36,327 nucleotides of DNA, from assembly GCA_910592345.1 (NCBI GenBank), contig CAJVPI010000294.1, positions 1-36,327 of the forward strand, written 5' to 3'. Positions 35,201 through 36,327 of this stretch are shown here, in pieces (the first letter of the stretch is position 1; the number at the start of each line of letters is the position of its first letter). The stretch comes from Paraglomus brasilianum. Lineage: Eukaryota. Made by a program: the position numbers and the translations under genes. The notes below the pieces were generated by a model. The model had not been told where the DNA came from. It saw nothing but the letters and a program-made list of their open reading frames with translations, and made no database searches.

Positions 35201-35860
35201 ATTATTAAGAACAAAAATCTGACTATGTTATGAAATCAACAGGGTATGATATTAAAGTTGATAAGGGGACCGTTCTGTTTCAATGTTGATGATAGAGAGA
35301 TGTTAATATTAGCGGGTTATATTAGAGAGGATAGACTGTATTTCGATTATGATTCTACTGACATGTTTGACTGACATATTATCCTACGGTGTTGTCCACC
35401 GGTAAATTGAATCATGTGTACAATCGAATCACGCGAGATGGAATAATATCTTTAATGTAATCATAGTAATAGTAATAGATGCTGGACACTTTAACAATAA
35501 ATCGTGAGCACAGAAGACAAATTTGAAATACAGAAAAGAAATAATAAATAATTGTAAATATCTTTTGAACGGAATAATTGATGTACTTGCCGTAAAGTAA
35601 GTGTTTTTAAATTTAGCAGCGATTCTTAATTATTATTGTTATCGGTATATTAATATGCTGCCTTGCTGCACTACTGCAGTGCTTATAAATGTAACTTTTT
35701 CAAGTTAGTTTTTGTAATCCTAAATATATTTGAAGTTTTACAATTATTAACTGTCCAACCAAAGCAACCCAAGATGACATATTTAGATTGCCAATCAGGC
35801 TTTACCTATTCATAGCTCTCCAATAGTTGACCATGTCTCAATAAATGTGCTGGTGTTTCT

Positions 35861-36091
35861 TCACAATGCGTTATTTTTGTAAGGTTGAAGGCCTTTAAAA
35901 AGGTCCACAGAAAGAGCAAAGGGAGTGAATGAAGGCGGGAGTGAATAGCAAAATCGGCTATTTACAGTGTCTAGGTATATGTCTATTTGGTTTCTCGGAT
36001 CACCTGCGTAGTAAGGTGCAAATGCCAAGTCGATCATCGCTGACCCATTGGCGAGAAGGAAAACAATGAAGAGTAATAACTGTCTAATCAT
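35861..36091 (-). CDS. Candidate small secreted protein; 3' structure uncertain, possibly a pseudogene
   Basis: Start context AAAAAATG; signal-like MIRQLLLFIVFLLANGSA. A possible GTAAAT...TTTTTAAAG intron after DIYLDT would change the C-terminus. Confidence 0.35.
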   Translation of the reverse strand: MIRQLLLFIVFLLANGSAMIDLAFAPYYAGDPRNQIDIYLDTVNSRFCYSLPPSFTPFALSVDLFKGLQPYKNNAL

Positions 36092-36327
36092 TTTTTCGAT
36101 TTGTCTTTTTTATTTGAAGTTAGCCGAGTGATTAGTAATTTCTCGGTAAATGCTAACAGTGCGAAATAACAGTGACAGCTTACTATAAGTACAATACGTA
36201 GAAACAATATATTGTTACGTGGGGATGCTGAAAAGTTTTGTCGTTGATTCTTATTTCTCGAAATTACATAATAATTATTAATAAAACTATTCCATTCCCT
36301 CAAAGTACTCTCCACTAACATCTATGC

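Noticed and set aside
35975..36030. GDPRNQIDIYL resembling an alpha/beta-hydrolase N-terminal motif
   Set aside because: No HGG or GxSxG motif follows, so the resemblance is probably coincidental.

Overview
AT-rich, intron-dense eukaryotic DNA with GT-AG introns and CTAAC-type branch points. It is fungal, most likely an early-diverging lineage such as Mucoromycota/Glomeromycotina (inferred from gene content and style). Five conserved genes can be spliced together by hand: RGP1 (minus, 3185-6500), a YIP5/YIPF1-2 Yip1-domain gene divergent from it (plus, 6767-8443), KEX1 carboxypeptidase (minus, 10334-13758), a two-RRM Scw1/Whi3/RBPMS-like RNA-binding protein (minus, 14850-16849) and the DOA4/USP8 deubiquitinase (minus, 22458-26107). 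The window also holds a tRNA-Lys(CTT), an intronless 8-Cys secreted protein, a Ser/Thr/Pro-rich single-pass membrane protein, a two-exon hypothetical gene, a Tc2/pogo-like transposon end at the left edge and several decayed coding remnants. The most notable observations are: the KEX1 WLNGGPGCSS motif is built from 19-, 10- and 6-nt micro-exons; the RRM protein has nine tandem RRxS (PKA-type) sites and CAC-rich leader/3'UTR sequence suggesting autoregulation; a ~220-nt G-U-rich intergenic hairpin; and nested inverted repeats in the longest RGP1 intron. I cannot demonstrate a wholly new biological system from the sequence alone. All counts and alignments were done by hand.
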